From Bacteroidia bacterium (GTDB lineage: Bacteria; Bacteroidota; Bacteroidia; UBA7662), in contig JBKBSO010000011.1 of assembly GCA_046291695.1 (NCBI GenBank), positions 1,548-65,547 of the forward strand: a DNA stretch of 64,000 nt, written 5' to 3'. Under the pieces are notes generated by a model. The model worked only from the letters and a program-made list of their open reading frames with translations. It searched no databases and was not told the DNA's origin. Made by a program: the position numbers and the translations under genes. This document shows positions 48,774 through 59,753 of this stretch, one piece after another; the stretch's first letter is position 1, and each line of letters begins with the position of its first letter.

Positions 48774-50135
48774 ATGAAAACAACACTAACCCGTACCCTC
48801 ATCTTAAGCCTCATGTTAAGCGCTTGTGGTACCTCTGAAGAATCAGCCCCGAATCAAATTCCTCCAACCATTAACATTGAAGCACCGCAGATGGATAAAT
48901 TGGTGATTTACGAAGTTTTTGTCCGCAATTTTACTACTGAAGGCACCTTTCAGGCCATGATTCCTAAACTCGACCGACTAAAGGAACTTGGGGTAAACAC
49001 GTTATGGCTTATGCCCATTCACCCGATTGGGGAGCTCAATAAAAAGGGGTCGTTGGGCTCGCCTTACTCCATTCGCGATTTTTATGATGTACATCCTGAT
49101 TTTGGCACAAAGGAAGATTTTAGGACTCTAGTAAACGCCTGTCATGAACGCGGCATGTACATCATCATTGATTTGGTTGCCAACCATTCATCCTTCGATA
49201 ATGCGTGGGTAAGTGAACATCCATCATGGTACGTACGCGACGATTCAGGCGAAATTCTACCCCCTGATCCTGACTGGACAGATGTAGCTGATTTAGATTA
49301 CAACAATCCGGAGGTGCCGGCTGCAATGTCAAAGGTAATGGAGTACTGGGTAAAGGAGTTTGACATAGATGGTTATCGGTGCGATGTTGCTTATATGGTT
49401 CCGTTCAGTTTTTGGGAGAGCAGTATCACCAACATCCGAAAGATTAAACCTATTATCATGTTGGCTGAAGGTGCGGGAACTGAGTTACATGAAGCAGGTT
49501 TCGACTACACCTATGGATGGGAAATTTACCACCACCTCAAAAAGATTTTTGCAGGTGAGTCAACTGAAAACTTCTCTAAAATAGCCATTGAAGAAACCGG
49601 GAAAGTGCCTTCAGGGAATAAAATTATGAGATTCATTACCAATCACGATGAAACATCTTGGGATGATGTACCTGTAAGCTTATTCAAGAGCCGAGAAGGT
49701 TCGATGGCAGCTTTCGTAGCTAGCTGTATGTTGCCATGTGTGCCATTAATCTACAACGGCCAGGAAGTGGGACACAATAAAAAGATGAATTTGTTCGAGA
49801 AAAGCAGCATCAGTTGGTCCAAAAACCCGCATATGCAGGCATTTTATCAACGATTTCTACAGGTTTACGCAGAAGAGCCTAGCCTCAGAACAGATGAAGT
49901 ACATTTTTTTGACACCGATAACCCTGACATCATCGCTTTTCGGCGTGGAAAAGGAGATGAAGCCATTTATGTTTTGGTAAACGTACGTGCTTCTGTAGTG
50001 AAATTCAACCTACCCGAGGAAATGCGTTCTGCCAATTTATTGAACCTTATGAATAATGGCAGCATGCCTTTACACCAGGAATTGCTGTTGAATGGATTTG
50101 AATTTTATATCCTCAAAGCGGCACAAGCCAGTTAA
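48774..50135 (+). CDS. GH13 α-amylase-family lipoprotein.
   Basis: Lipobox LSACG. GH13 regions DLVANH, GYRCDVA, EG...(Glu), FITNHD. Confidence 0.75.
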   Translation: MKTTLTRTLILSLMLSACGTSEESAPNQIPPTINIEAPQMDKLVIYEVFVRNFTTEGTFQAMIPKLDRLKELGVNTLWLMPIHPIGELNKKGSLGSPYSIRDFYDVHPDFGTKEDFRTLVNACHERGMYIIIDLVANHSSFDNAWVSEHPSWYVRDDSGEILPPDPDWTDVADLDYNNPEVPAAMSKVMEYWVKEFDIDGYRCDVAYMVPFSFWESSITNIRKIKPIIMLAEGAGTELHEAGFDYTYGWEIYHHLKKIFAGESTENFSKIAIEETGKVPSGNKIMRFITNHDETSWDDVPVSLFKSREGSMAAFVASCMLPCVPLIYNGQEVGHNKKMNLFEKSSISWSKNPHMQAFYQRFLQVYAEEPSLRTDEVHFFDTDNPDIIAFRRGKGDEAIYVLVNVRASVVKFNLPEEMRSANLLNLMNNGSMPLHQELLLNGFEFYILKAAQAS

Positions 50136-50174
50136 TTTTAGAATAAAAAAGGCCTTTAGGTAAAAAAAAACTGA

Positions 50175-52586
50175 ATGCATCGACAAGACCATTTCAATCA
50201 GGCGCTAACAGCTGTAACCGCATTTGAGCAACAAGGGCAGCGCTTTTTCATAGAAACCAAAGAAGCCAAGGTTATACTCAGTATTTATCGAGACGACATC
50301 ATACGGATAAGAGCAATCGACGTCAATCGCGTCTTCGAAGACCTATCCTATGCCGTTATTCGTACTCCGGAGCAAGTAAACTATGATCTTATCGAAACAG
50401 CAGAAGGTTGGGAAATTGTAACATCTAAATTATGTCTTCGTATTCAGGCCAATCCGCTTAGGCTTTCACTCTTCGACCTGGATGGCACAATGGTGAATGC
50501 TGATGACCAGAGCTTTGGCATTAGTAAAATCGGACATGAGCTTTATAACTACAAGCAGCTGCAGGCTGATGAAAAGTTCATTGGTTTAGGCGAAAAAACA
50601 GGTCATTTAAACCGTAGAGGCAAGTGGTATCAGCATTGGAACACGGATGCATTTGCCTATGGTGAAGAAGATGATCCATTGTATATGAGCACTCCTTTCT
50701 ATATGGGATTAACCGGGGGCAAAGTTTATGGTATTTTCTTAGATAGCACCTACCGTTCTACCTTCAATTTTGGAGCATCTAACCACCGCTTCAGCTATTT
50801 CCAGGTTCCGGATGGCGAGCTAGACTATTATTTAATAAAATCCGGAGGGGTAGCGGAAACGGTTTCAGCCTATTGCTGGCTAACGGGTACTCCTGTTCTC
50901 CCACCGAAATGGAGTTTGGGCTATCAACAATGTCGATATAGTTATTATCCAGACAAGGAAGTTATTAATGTAGCCCGTACTTTTCGAGAGAAGCAAATTC
51001 CGTGTGATGTGATTTATCTCGACATCCATTATATGGATAAATACAAGTTGTTTACTTGGGATAATGCGCATTTTTCAGACCCTGCTTCATTTATTAAGAC
51101 TTTAAAAAACATGGGGTTTCGGGTGGTCGTGATCATTGATCCCGGGGTAAAAGTTGAAGCTGGATATCCTATATATGAAAGTGGATGTGCCGAAGATTTG
51201 TTCGTAAAATACCCAGACGGCACTTACTACAGTGGCGATGTTTGGCCAGGCACCTGCCATTTTCCTGATTTCACTGCTGAAAAAACCAGAAACTGGTGGG
51301 GTAAACAATTCGAATCCCTTACGCAAATAGGCATTAGTGGCTTTTGGAATGATATGAACGAGCCAGTCACTTGGGGCAAGAAAATTCCTGATCTTATTGA
51401 ATTTGATTTCGAGGGCAAAGGTGCCACTCATCGAAAAGCCCACAACGTTTATGGCATGCAAATGGCACGTGCTACAGTTGAAGGCGTGCGCAAACTCATG
51501 CCCGATGAGCGTGCTTTTGTGCTGAGCAGGGCGGGCTATAGTGGAAGTCAACGATATGCAGCCAGTTGGACGGGCGACAATAGTGCCTCCGACGAGCATA
51601 TGCTATTAGGCGTACGTTTATTACTCAATATGGGTTTAGCAGGATTGAGTTTTACGGGAGTTGATATAGGTGGCTTTGTTGGTGAAGCAAGTCCGCAATT
51701 ATTCATGAGATGGATGCAAATTGGAGCGTTTTCGCCACTTTTTCGTGGACATACGATGATTAATAGTCGGGATTCAGAACCGTGGTCATATGGCGAAGAA
51801 GCGGAGGAAGTAAGCCGAAACTACATTAGGTTACGCTACCGCATGATGCCATACCTTTATGCATGTTTCCATGAAAGTGCTACCCATGGATTACCGGTGG
51901 CAAGGAGTTTGGCTTTTGCTTACCCACATACCGAAGAGGTGTATGACCGGCAGTGGGCTCATCAATATCTATTTGGCCCATCTATTTTAGTTGCCGCAGT
52001 AAACTCCTGGATGCCTATACAAAAAGTATGGCTGCCAGAAGGTGAATGGTATAATTTATATCACGGTAAAAAATTAACAGGAAATCAAATCGTGAACATA
52101 GACACTCCTGTTGAGGTCTTGCCTGTTTTTGTTAAAGCGGGAGCAGTAATACCGATGCACAAATCGGGTGAGCATATTGATGAAATTTGTACCGACACCC
52201 TTGATTTACATCTCTTTGCAGGCAATGTGCGAAGCCAATTTAATTGGTATGATGATGACGGCAGAAGTTATGATTATGAGTCGGGCAAGTTTGCCGAAAG
52301 ACTACTAGAACATGATGGCGCATCGCGCACGCTTTTAATAGCCCAGCAAAAGGGAAGTTATGTTGGCCCCTATAAAATAGTCAGGCTTTACCTCCATGGC
52401 TGCGAGCTAAATCAAGTTTATTTAGGCTCCCAAGCTCTGAATATCAGCAAGACAGATGTGCGCTTCATTGAGCCAATTAGCAACTTTGATCCTTTCTTCG
52501 TTAGTACTGAACATGCTTGGGAACATAAAGATGTTTACTTCGTTGAATTTCCCATGCATGCAGAAGCTATGGAAATTAGGTATTAG
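50175..52586 (+). CDS. GH31 α-glucosidase (no signal peptide, so cytoplasmic).
   Basis: GFWNDMNEP (catalytic nucleophile region), WTGDNSAS, GFVGE. 803 aa. Confidence 0.8.
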   Translation: MHRQDHFNQALTAVTAFEQQGQRFFIETKEAKVILSIYRDDIIRIRAIDVNRVFEDLSYAVIRTPEQVNYDLIETAEGWEIVTSKLCLRIQANPLRLSLFDLDGTMVNADDQSFGISKIGHELYNYKQLQADEKFIGLGEKTGHLNRRGKWYQHWNTDAFAYGEEDDPLYMSTPFYMGLTGGKVYGIFLDSTYRSTFNFGASNHRFSYFQVPDGELDYYLIKSGGVAETVSAYCWLTGTPVLPPKWSLGYQQCRYSYYPDKEVINVARTFREKQIPCDVIYLDIHYMDKYKLFTWDNAHFSDPASFIKTLKNMGFRVVVIIDPGVKVEAGYPIYESGCAEDLFVKYPDGTYYSGDVWPGTCHFPDFTAEKTRNWWGKQFESLTQIGISGFWNDMNEPVTWGKKIPDLIEFDFEGKGATHRKAHNVYGMQMARATVEGVRKLMPDERAFVLSRAGYSGSQRYAASWTGDNSASDEHMLLGVRLLLNMGLAGLSFTGVDIGGFVGEASPQLFMRWMQIGAFSPLFRGHTMINSRDSEPWSYGEEAEEVSRNYIRLRYRMMPYLYACFHESATHGLPVARSLAFAYPHTEEVYDRQWAHQYLFGPSILVAAVNSWMPIQKVWLPEGEWYNLYHGKKLTGNQIVNIDTPVEVLPVFVKAGAVIPMHKSGEHIDEICTDTLDLHLFAGNVRSQFNWYDDDGRSYDYESGKFAERLLEHDGASRTLLIAQQKGSYVGPYKIVRLYLHGCELNQVYLGSQALNISKTDVRFIEPISNFDPFFVSTEHAWEHKDVYFVEFPMHAEAMEIRY

Positions 52587-52689
52587 GCGTACATTTTGTG
52601 ATCGTATTTGTTTTGTTGAATCAGAAAGACGAAAAATTGCTTGCTGATACATGCACGAAAGTGTGGATGATGCTTCAAAGAAAATAATC

Positions 52690-54588
52690 CTATGGTGTAA
52701 GATGACGCGCTAGAAACTGTTCGATAGACTCATATAGAGCGATTCGATTCTCTTGTTTGCGGAAGCCATGACCTTCATCCTCTCGTAAGATGTAGTCTAC
52801 TTCTATACCTCGTGCGGCGAGCGCTTCTACAATCTGGTCTGATTCTGACTTTTTAACCCTTGGATCCATGGCTCCCTGAACCACCATGAGTGGTTTGGTA
52901 ATTTTGTCGGCATGAAATACCGGTGAAGCTTCTACATAGTGTAAACTATCCTTTTGTGGATGGCCAATCATTTCATAAAACATCTCGCGTCCTTGTTCCC
53001 AATAAGGAGGAATGGTTTGCATAAGCGTAAAAAGGTTAGAGACGCCTACATAATCGATGCCACAAGCATATAGATCAGGTGTGAATGCCAATCCAGCCAA
53101 AACAGCATAGCCACCATAACTTCCTCCATAAATAGCAATACGACTTGGGTCGGCAATTCCTTTGGCTATCATGTATTGTACTCCATCAGTAATATCTTGT
53201 TGCATGGCCTTACCCCATTGTTTGAATCCAGCAGTCCAAAATTCGCGACCATAGCCTGTTGAGCCTCTAAAATTCATTTGAAAAACGGCATATCCACGGT
53301 TCGCTAAAAATTGAACATTCGGATCAAATCGCCATACATCTCTTAGCCAAGGGCCACCATGCGGCACCACGACCATCGCCAATTTTTTAGGGCTTTTATC
53401 ATTGGGTAGCGTTAAATAGCCGTTTATGGTTAATCCGTCGCTGGCTTGATAACTTATGGCCTGCATCGTGGCCATCTCATCTTTATTGAGCCATGGGCTT
53501 ACGTCAGCCAGAAGCATAAGCGAATCAAGTTCAATATCGAACAAATAAAAAGCGCCAAGTGAACGATCGGAATAAGTACGTAGAAGGACCCTGCTTTCCT
53601 CTTCATCAGAACCAGTGAAGGTAATTTCATCTTCAGGGATTTCCTGTCGTACACGCTCATACAAGCTAGCCGCTCTTTCATCCATAAAGTAAAACCGTTT
53701 TTTCCAATCCGTGTATTGAACGTAAAGTGGTTTTTGGTCTTTTTCTGAAATTACCAGCCAATCAATATCGTATTCAGGATGTTCAAAAAGTAATTCCAGT
53801 TCGATTGCCTGTGGCATATCGAAACGAACTGCCGCTTTGGTATTGCGATTAATATTCGAAACAGCATAAACTTCGTTCGCACTCCCCGGCACAAATGCTT
53901 GTGGGTAAAAGAATGATTTAAAATCTGTTCTTAAAACTTCTTTAAAAGCATGATTGGGACTTTCACGAAACAGGTAGGCCTTAGATGTTCCTTCAGTAGT
54001 CACTATAAGTCTGATTACGCCATTTTCATCTGTAATAAAGTTGGAGTAAGAACCTGGGTTTTCGATCACCAACGATAACTGACCGTTACTAAGGTTTATG
54101 CTGTAAACATCAAAAAGGGAAGCTTCGCGCCTGTTTAGGCCAATGAGCATTTCATCAGGGTAGTTATTCAGCTCGTCAATGAGTTGGGTACGAACATTCT
54201 CAAATCGTGTTAATTCTTTAACAAGTCCTTCCTCAATATCAACGGTAGATAGGTAATAATTTTCGTCACCATCGATATCCTTAAAGAAGTATATGCGCGA
54301 ATTACCTGACCAACCAAACATGCTAATATCGCGATCGGTTAAACTGGTTAATTGTTTGATTTTTTGATTATCTATGGATTGAACAAAAATGTTCATTCGG
54401 TCTTCAAATGGAGCTAAAAAAGCTAAATGGCGGCCATCCGGTGATATTTTATAATTAGTTCTTTCAGGGTTTCTGAAAAAATCAGCAACTGGAATTCGCT
54501 CCACCGCCACCTCCACTTTGGGCTTACATCCGGCCAAGAGAATCAGCCACACAAAAAAATTTAAATATACCTTCATCACTATCTTCAA
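52690..54588 (-). CDS. S9-family serine peptidase (β-propeller plus prolyl oligopeptidase-type α/β-hydrolase) lipoprotein.
   Basis: Lipobox LAGCK. GGSYGGY nucleophile elbow, with downstream D and H. Confidence 0.75.
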   Translation of the reverse strand: MKIVMKVYLNFFVWLILLAGCKPKVEVAVERIPVADFFRNPERTNYKISPDGRHLAFLAPFEDRMNIFVQSIDNQKIKQLTSLTDRDISMFGWSGNSRIYFFKDIDGDENYYLSTVDIEEGLVKELTRFENVRTQLIDELNNYPDEMLIGLNRREASLFDVYSINLSNGQLSLVIENPGSYSNFITDENGVIRLIVTTEGTSKAYLFRESPNHAFKEVLRTDFKSFFYPQAFVPGSANEVYAVSNINRNTKAAVRFDMPQAIELELLFEHPEYDIDWLVISEKDQKPLYVQYTDWKKRFYFMDERAASLYERVRQEIPEDEITFTGSDEEESRVLLRTYSDRSLGAFYLFDIELDSLMLLADVSPWLNKDEMATMQAISYQASDGLTINGYLTLPNDKSPKKLAMVVVPHGGPWLRDVWRFDPNVQFLANRGYAVFQMNFRGSTGYGREFWTAGFKQWGKAMQQDITDGVQYMIAKGIADPSRIAIYGGSYGGYAVLAGLAFTPDLYACGIDYVGVSNLFTLMQTIPPYWEQGREMFYEMIGHPQKDSLHYVEASPVFHADKITKPLMVVQGAMDPRVKKSESDQIVEALAARGIEVDYILREDEGHGFRKQENRIALYESIEQFLARHLTP

Positions 54589-54679
54589 AGAAACTACTTA
54601 AAGTGTGAAAAGAGGCACCAAAAATTGCTAAAAATGTCTAAAATATTTTATTCATTTTCATTGCGATTTATAGGCTTTT

Positions 54680-56014
54680 ATGCATCTTGGAAGCCTAAAG
54701 TTTTACATCCTTATGGAAAAACCGAAATTATCGTTTTGGCAAATATGGAATATCAGCTTTGGTTTTCTGGGTGTTCAAATAGGTTATTCACTGCAGAATG
54801 CCAATACCAGCAGAATCCTTTCTGCCATAGGTGCTGATCCACATCATTTAAGTTTGTTTTGGCTGGCTGCGCCCGTAGCAGGTTTAATTGTGCAACCGAT
54901 TGTAGGACTTTCGAGCGACAAAACCTGGACCCGCTTGGGTCGTAGGCTTCCATTTATTGTGGGAGGCGCTTTGGTATCGGCGGTGGCGATGTTTTTTATG
55001 CCCAATTCAGAGTTTTTTGCCTACCTACTCCCACCTTTGTTTTTCGGTGCGAGTATGTTGCTCCTGATGGACACCTCCTTTAACGTAACCATGCAGCCTT
55101 TTAGGGCATTGGTTAGTGATATGCTACCTGAAAATCAGCGAAATCTAGGCTATTCCATTCAAAGCTTCCTCATTAATTTGGGTGCCATTGTGGGGTCTAT
55201 ATTGCCCTTTGTACTCACCTATATGGGTGTTGCCAATGCGCCTAGCGGCGACAACAATGTTGCGCCTACTGTCATTTGGGCCTATTACATTGGGGGCGCT
55301 ACGCTTTTATTGGCGGTATTATGGACTGCCTTCAGAACCAAAGAGTATCCGCCTGAAGAATATGCCGAGTATAACAAGTTAGAAGATACGGAAGTGGTCA
55401 ATAAAAGTATGTGGACACTTATAAAAACGGCTCCGAAAACCATGTATCAATTGGCCGTTACCCAGTTTTTTTCCTGGTTTGCACTCTTTTTAATGTGGGT
55501 TTACACCACCAACGGCATAGCCGAAACCATTTGGCAAACTACCGATACCAAGTCACTTGCCTTTAATGAAGCCGGTAACTGGACCGGCATCATCTTTGCC
55601 GTTTACAGCGTATTTGCCGCCTTATTTTCACTAGCCATTACACCTTTGGCTGCTAAATATGGTCGAATCAATGTTTATGCCCTATCACTGCTTACTGCCG
55701 GCGTTGGGCTTATTTCGGTGATGTACATCACTGACAAATATTGGCTTTTTGTAGCTATGATTGGTGTAGGTATAGGTTGGGCAGCCATACTTGCACTCCC
55801 CTATTCAATTTTATCCTCGAAACTGCCAGCGCGCGAAACAGGTGTTTATATGGGCTTGTTTAACGCTACGATCACCATTCCACAAATTGCGGCTGGCTTG
55901 TTAGGTGGCGTTATGCTATTGGCCATCGGAGGAAGCAATGTGGGCATGTTAGGCGTTGCCGGTGCTTCAATGTTACTTGCTAGCCTAAGTGCTAAGCTGG
56001 TTATCAAAGATTGA
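54680..56014 (+). CDS. MFS sugar transporter (SLC45 / GPH-like, probably maltose or maltodextrin). The true start is probably MEKPKLSFW at ~54716.
   Basis: 12 predicted TM segments and R(L/F)GRR-type loop motifs. Neighbours are GH13/GH31 genes. Confidence 0.65.
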   Translation: MHLGSLKFYILMEKPKLSFWQIWNISFGFLGVQIGYSLQNANTSRILSAIGADPHHLSLFWLAAPVAGLIVQPIVGLSSDKTWTRLGRRLPFIVGGALVSAVAMFFMPNSEFFAYLLPPLFFGASMLLLMDTSFNVTMQPFRALVSDMLPENQRNLGYSIQSFLINLGAIVGSILPFVLTYMGVANAPSGDNNVAPTVIWAYYIGGATLLLAVLWTAFRTKEYPPEEYAEYNKLEDTEVVNKSMWTLIKTAPKTMYQLAVTQFFSWFALFLMWVYTTNGIAETIWQTTDTKSLAFNEAGNWTGIIFAVYSVFAALFSLAITPLAAKYGRINVYALSLLTAGVGLISVMYITDKYWLFVAMIGVGIGWAAILALPYSILSSKLPARETGVYMGLFNATITIPQIAAGLLGGVMLLAIGGSNVGMLGVAGASMLLASLSAKLVIKD

Positions 56015-56053
56015 GCATGCTTAACATCATAATCATGAATTGCTCCAGTTAAA

Positions 56054-56884
56054 GTGAAATCACTTTTATACCTTAGCAGTAATTATCAATATATGTTGTT
56101 ACAAATTCACTGGAACGTGCATCCAGAAATATGGCCCGATGTTTTACCGGTTAGGTGGTACGGACTGCTATTTATGTCTGGCTTTGTATTTGGCTATTAT
56201 ATTCTTGAGCGCATTTTCAAACATGAAAACAAAGGATTACCCCTGCTCGATAGCCTTTCTTTGTACGTAGGAGCTGGCACAATCTTAGGTGCACGTTTAG
56301 GTCATTGTTTGTTTTATGAACCCGCTTATTATTTAGCTAATCCCCTCGAAATTCTCAAAGTATGGGAAGGTGGTCTCGCCAGTCATGGCGCAGTGGTAGG
56401 CATTTTGCTGGCCAATTATCTTTATGGACGGAAATTTAGAAATACTGGCTTCTTTTGGGTTACCGACCGTCTGGTAATTGTTGTAGCGCTGGCTGCGGTA
56501 ATGATCCGACTTGGCAACCTCATGAATTCAGAAATAGTAGGAGCCCCTACTACGGTAGCCTGGGCATTTATTTTTGATCGCTTAGGCGATGGGATACCAA
56601 GGCATCCAAGCCAATTGTATGAAGCGGGTTTTTACCTGATTACCTTTATGGTTCTTTACAGGCTTTATTGGAAAGCAGCTGCTGGAAAATATGCAGGTCG
56701 CCTTTTTGGTTACTTCCTTCTGATGGTTTTTGGGTTTCGTTTTCTAATTGAATTCATTAAAGACGTGCAGGTTGATTTTGAAAAGAGCATGGCACTGAAT
56801 ATGGGACAATGGCTAAGCCTGCCTCTGGTCCTCATTGGCCTCTTTCTGATTTGGAATTCACATCGTAAATCGGCTAAAGCTTAA
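56054..56884 (+). CDS. lgt: Prolipoprotein diacylglyceryl transferase.
   Basis: VRWYGLLFMSGFVFGYY and GARLGHC.. motifs and polytopic topology. Confidence 0.8.
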   Translation: MKSLLYLSSNYQYMLLQIHWNVHPEIWPDVLPVRWYGLLFMSGFVFGYYILERIFKHENKGLPLLDSLSLYVGAGTILGARLGHCLFYEPAYYLANPLEILKVWEGGLASHGAVVGILLANYLYGRKFRNTGFFWVTDRLVIVVALAAVMIRLGNLMNSEIVGAPTTVAWAFIFDRLGDGIPRHPSQLYEAGFYLITFMVLYRLYWKAAAGKYAGRLFGYFLLMVFGFRFLIEFIKDVQVDFEKSMALNMGQWLSLPLVLIGLFLIWNSHRKSAKA

Positions 56885-58352
56885 GCTCTCGGACAAAGCT
56901 AACCGCCTCCTGCATATCAGGATGCATATAGCGGTCATTTTCAAGCTTACCTACGCGTTTCCGAAAACTTGTCTTGGCCGTTTCAATGACCGGAGATGAC
57001 GAAAATGATCTGAAATCAAGCGCTTGGCAAGCATTCAGCCATTCTATTCCAAGAATCGTCAAGGTATTTTCAAGAATCAAATAAAGCTTAGTTGCTGCGT
57101 TCGCACCCATGCTTACATGGTCTTCCTGCCCATTTGACGAACTAATGGTGTCAATACTGGCTGGAACAGCGAGTTGTTTATTCTGTGAAGCGATAGAGGC
57201 AGCGGTGTATTGCGGTATCATAAAGCCCGAATTCAGTCCGGAGTTTGGGGAGAGAAAAGGAGGCAAACCACGGCTACCTGATACAAGTTGAAATATACGT
57301 CGTTCACTAATTGAGCCAATTTCAGCCATAGCCATTCCAAGTTGGTCAAGTGCCAAGGCCAGTGGTTGTCCGTGAAAGTTGCCTCCACTTAAAATTAAAT
57401 CTTCTTCCGGAAATAGATTAGGGTTATCACTTACCGCATTAATCTCAATTTCGAATACTGATTGCACAAATCGACAAACATCCCTACTCGCACCATGCAC
57501 CTGCGGGATACATCGGAAAGAATAGGGGTCTTGAACGGCTGTTTTCGATTGTTGTTGCAGACGGCTATCCTTCAAAAAATTAAGCAGATTGCGCGCGGAT
57601 TGTTGTTGACCCGGATGAGGACGAATGCTGTGAATAGCCGGATGGAACGGCTCTATGCGTCCGTCGAAAGCATCATGAGAAGCAGCAGCTATAAAGTCGG
57701 CCTTATCAAGCAATTCACGCGCCATCAGAATGGCATAAACCCCATAGGCACTCATAAATTGCGTGCCGTTTAACAAGGCCAATCCTTCCTTTGCCTTTAG
57801 CGCCAATGGCTTTAATCCGATTTCGGAAAGTACCCCGGCCGATGCACGTCGCTCCTCCTTATACCACAACTCGCCTTCTCCTATCAAGGGCATCGCTAAA
57901 TGAGCCAATGGAGCCAAATCGCCAGAGGCGCCAAGCGACCCTTGCTCGTAAATTACGGGGAGGGCATCAGCGTTATACAGCGCAATAAGCGCCTCAACGG
58001 TTTCAGAAGTCACTCCTGAATGACCGTAGGCCAACGACTGTATTTTGAGGACCAGCATCAAGCGGATAATCTCTAAAGGCACCGTTTTGCCCATGCCACA
58101 AGCATGAGAGCGAATCAGATTGTATTGCAAGTCGGCCAATTCTGATTTGCTAATCCCAATATTACACAAAGACCCAAATCCTGTATTTATCCCATAAAAC
58201 AAGGTATCCGTTGCATCGAGCTTGTTATCCAGATATCTTCGGCCATGGTTCACCAATGCAGCCATTTCTTGATCAAGCTCTAATCGGTTACCCGGCAACA
58301 TTAATGGCCTAAGCGATTCGATATTTAGTTTTTTATGAATAATAAAATGCAT
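56874..58352 (-). CDS. hutH: Histidine ammonia-lyase.
   Basis: MIO-forming GSLGASGDLAPLAH. 492 aa. Confidence 0.85.
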   Translation of the reverse strand: MHFIIHKKLNIESLRPLMLPGNRLELDQEMAALVNHGRRYLDNKLDATDTLFYGINTGFGSLCNIGISKSELADLQYNLIRSHACGMGKTVPLEIIRLMLVLKIQSLAYGHSGVTSETVEALIALYNADALPVIYEQGSLGASGDLAPLAHLAMPLIGEGELWYKEERRASAGVLSEIGLKPLALKAKEGLALLNGTQFMSAYGVYAILMARELLDKADFIAAASHDAFDGRIEPFHPAIHSIRPHPGQQQSARNLLNFLKDSRLQQQSKTAVQDPYSFRCIPQVHGASRDVCRFVQSVFEIEINAVSDNPNLFPEEDLILSGGNFHGQPLALALDQLGMAMAEIGSISERRIFQLVSGSRGLPPFLSPNSGLNSGFMIPQYTAASIASQNKQLAVPASIDTISSSNGQEDHVSMGANAATKLYLILENTLTILGIEWLNACQALDFRSFSSSPVIETAKTSFRKRVGKLENDRYMHPDMQEAVSFVRELKL

Positions 58353-58355
58353 CGT

Positions 58356-59747
58356 TTAGCGCAATTTCTGGATGAGTTCCTGTTGGTTGAGTCGCTCCTG
58401 TTCACCAGAAGCCAGATGTTTTAGGCTTACTGTCTGGCTTTCACGCTCTTGATCGCCAAGAATAAGCAAATAAGGAATATGTCGTGCTTCGGCATACTGA
58501 AAAGCCTTTTTCATTTTATGGCCTTCTGTATATAACTCCGCAGCAATTCCCTCGGTTCTTAAAGATTTTAAAAGCCAAATAGCATAGGAAAACTCGGTTT
58601 CAGAAAAATAGAATATCAGGGCCTTACCCGCCTCTTGTAGGCCTTCAGGGAACAGCTCCAATTGCTCCATAACATCCAAAATTCTTTCAGCGCCAAACGA
58701 AACGCCTACCCCTGTTAAACCATCCACACCAAAAATGCCGGTTAGGTTATCGTAACGTCCACCGCCACCAATACTACCCATGGCCACCTCCTGTGTAACT
58801 ACTTCCATGATGGTGCCTGTGTAGTAATCAAGTCCACGTGCCAGTGAAAGGTCAAACCGAATATGATTTGGATCTAAGGCCAAAGCATCACACAACTCCA
58901 GGAGTTTTTTCATTTCAAAAATACCGGTTTGTACCTGCTCATCCTGTTCTAAATTGGCGAGTCCTGAAAATATTTCATCATACGAACGAGATTTAAGCAG
59001 TGCAAAAAGTTTTTCAAGTGAAGCTGATTGTGCGCCTTTCCCGATCAATTCTTGCTTCAAAGCTTCTTCACCAATTTTATCTAGCTTATCTAAAGTAAGG
59101 ATAAAGTCTTCTTTCTTATCCTGCATGCCTATGGCTTTTGCCAAGGCAGCAAATAATTTCCTGTTATTTATCCTAATGGTAAACTGCTTAAAACCCAACC
59201 TTAAAAATACTTCCTGGTATATCGCTATCAACTCTGCCTCATGAAAGAGCGAATCTGACCCAATCACATCCACATCGCATTGATAAAATTCTCGATAACG
59301 CCCTTTTTGTGGACGATCGGCACGCCACACCGGCTGAATCTGATAGCGTTTAAACGGAAAATGCAATTGCCCACGATGCATGCTTACGTATCGTGCGAGT
59401 GGTACGGTTAAATCATAACGTAAAGCTTTCTCGCTAATTAATGGTGTTAACGCACGTGATTGCTGATTCTTCGCTTCCGTTAGTTGCTCCTCGCTAATAC
59501 CCGATAAATAATCTCCCGAATTTAGTATTTTAAAAATCAGCCTGTCGCCCTCTTCTCCATACTTACCGGTGAGTGTTTGCAAGTTTTCCATGGCCGGTGT
59601 TTCCAGCGGCAAATAGCCATACAGCCGAAACACAGCTTCGATGGTGTTGAAAATGTATTTGCGTTTGGCCATAAGCTCCGGACCGAAATCCCGGGTACCG
59701 CGAGCAAGGCTTGGTTTAATTGTCGTCATCCGGATTTGCTTTGCCAC
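58356..59747 (-). CDS. hisS: Histidine--tRNA ligase.
   Basis: Class II aaRS motifs (GTRDF, YQIQPVWRADRPQKGRYREFYQ, GGGRYD) plus a C-terminal anticodon-binding domain. Confidence 0.85.
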   Translation of the reverse strand: MAKQIRMTTIKPSLARGTRDFGPELMAKRKYIFNTIEAVFRLYGYLPLETPAMENLQTLTGKYGEEGDRLIFKILNSGDYLSGISEEQLTEAKNQQSRALTPLISEKALRYDLTVPLARYVSMHRGQLHFPFKRYQIQPVWRADRPQKGRYREFYQCDVDVIGSDSLFHEAELIAIYQEVFLRLGFKQFTIRINNRKLFAALAKAIGMQDKKEDFILTLDKLDKIGEEALKQELIGKGAQSASLEKLFALLKSRSYDEIFSGLANLEQDEQVQTGIFEMKKLLELCDALALDPNHIRFDLSLARGLDYYTGTIMEVVTQEVAMGSIGGGGRYDNLTGIFGVDGLTGVGVSFGAERILDVMEQLELFPEGLQEAGKALIFYFSETEFSYAIWLLKSLRTEGIAAELYTEGHKMKKAFQYAEARHIPYLLILGDQERESQTVSLKHLASGEQERLNQQELIQKLR

Positions 59748-59753
59748 GCAAAG

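Noticed and set aside
54625-54837. 70-aa ORF overlapping the start of the MFS transporter gene.
   Set aside because: It is out of frame with, and upstream-overlapping, a much better-supported transporter ORF whose likely true start (MEKPKLSFW) lies inside it.
10298-58352. hut operon: hutI and hutH are present but 45 kb apart, and no hutU or hutG is visible in the window.
   Set aside because: The hut genes look dispersed rather than deleted. Since the missing genes may lie outside the window, this is not enough for a finding.
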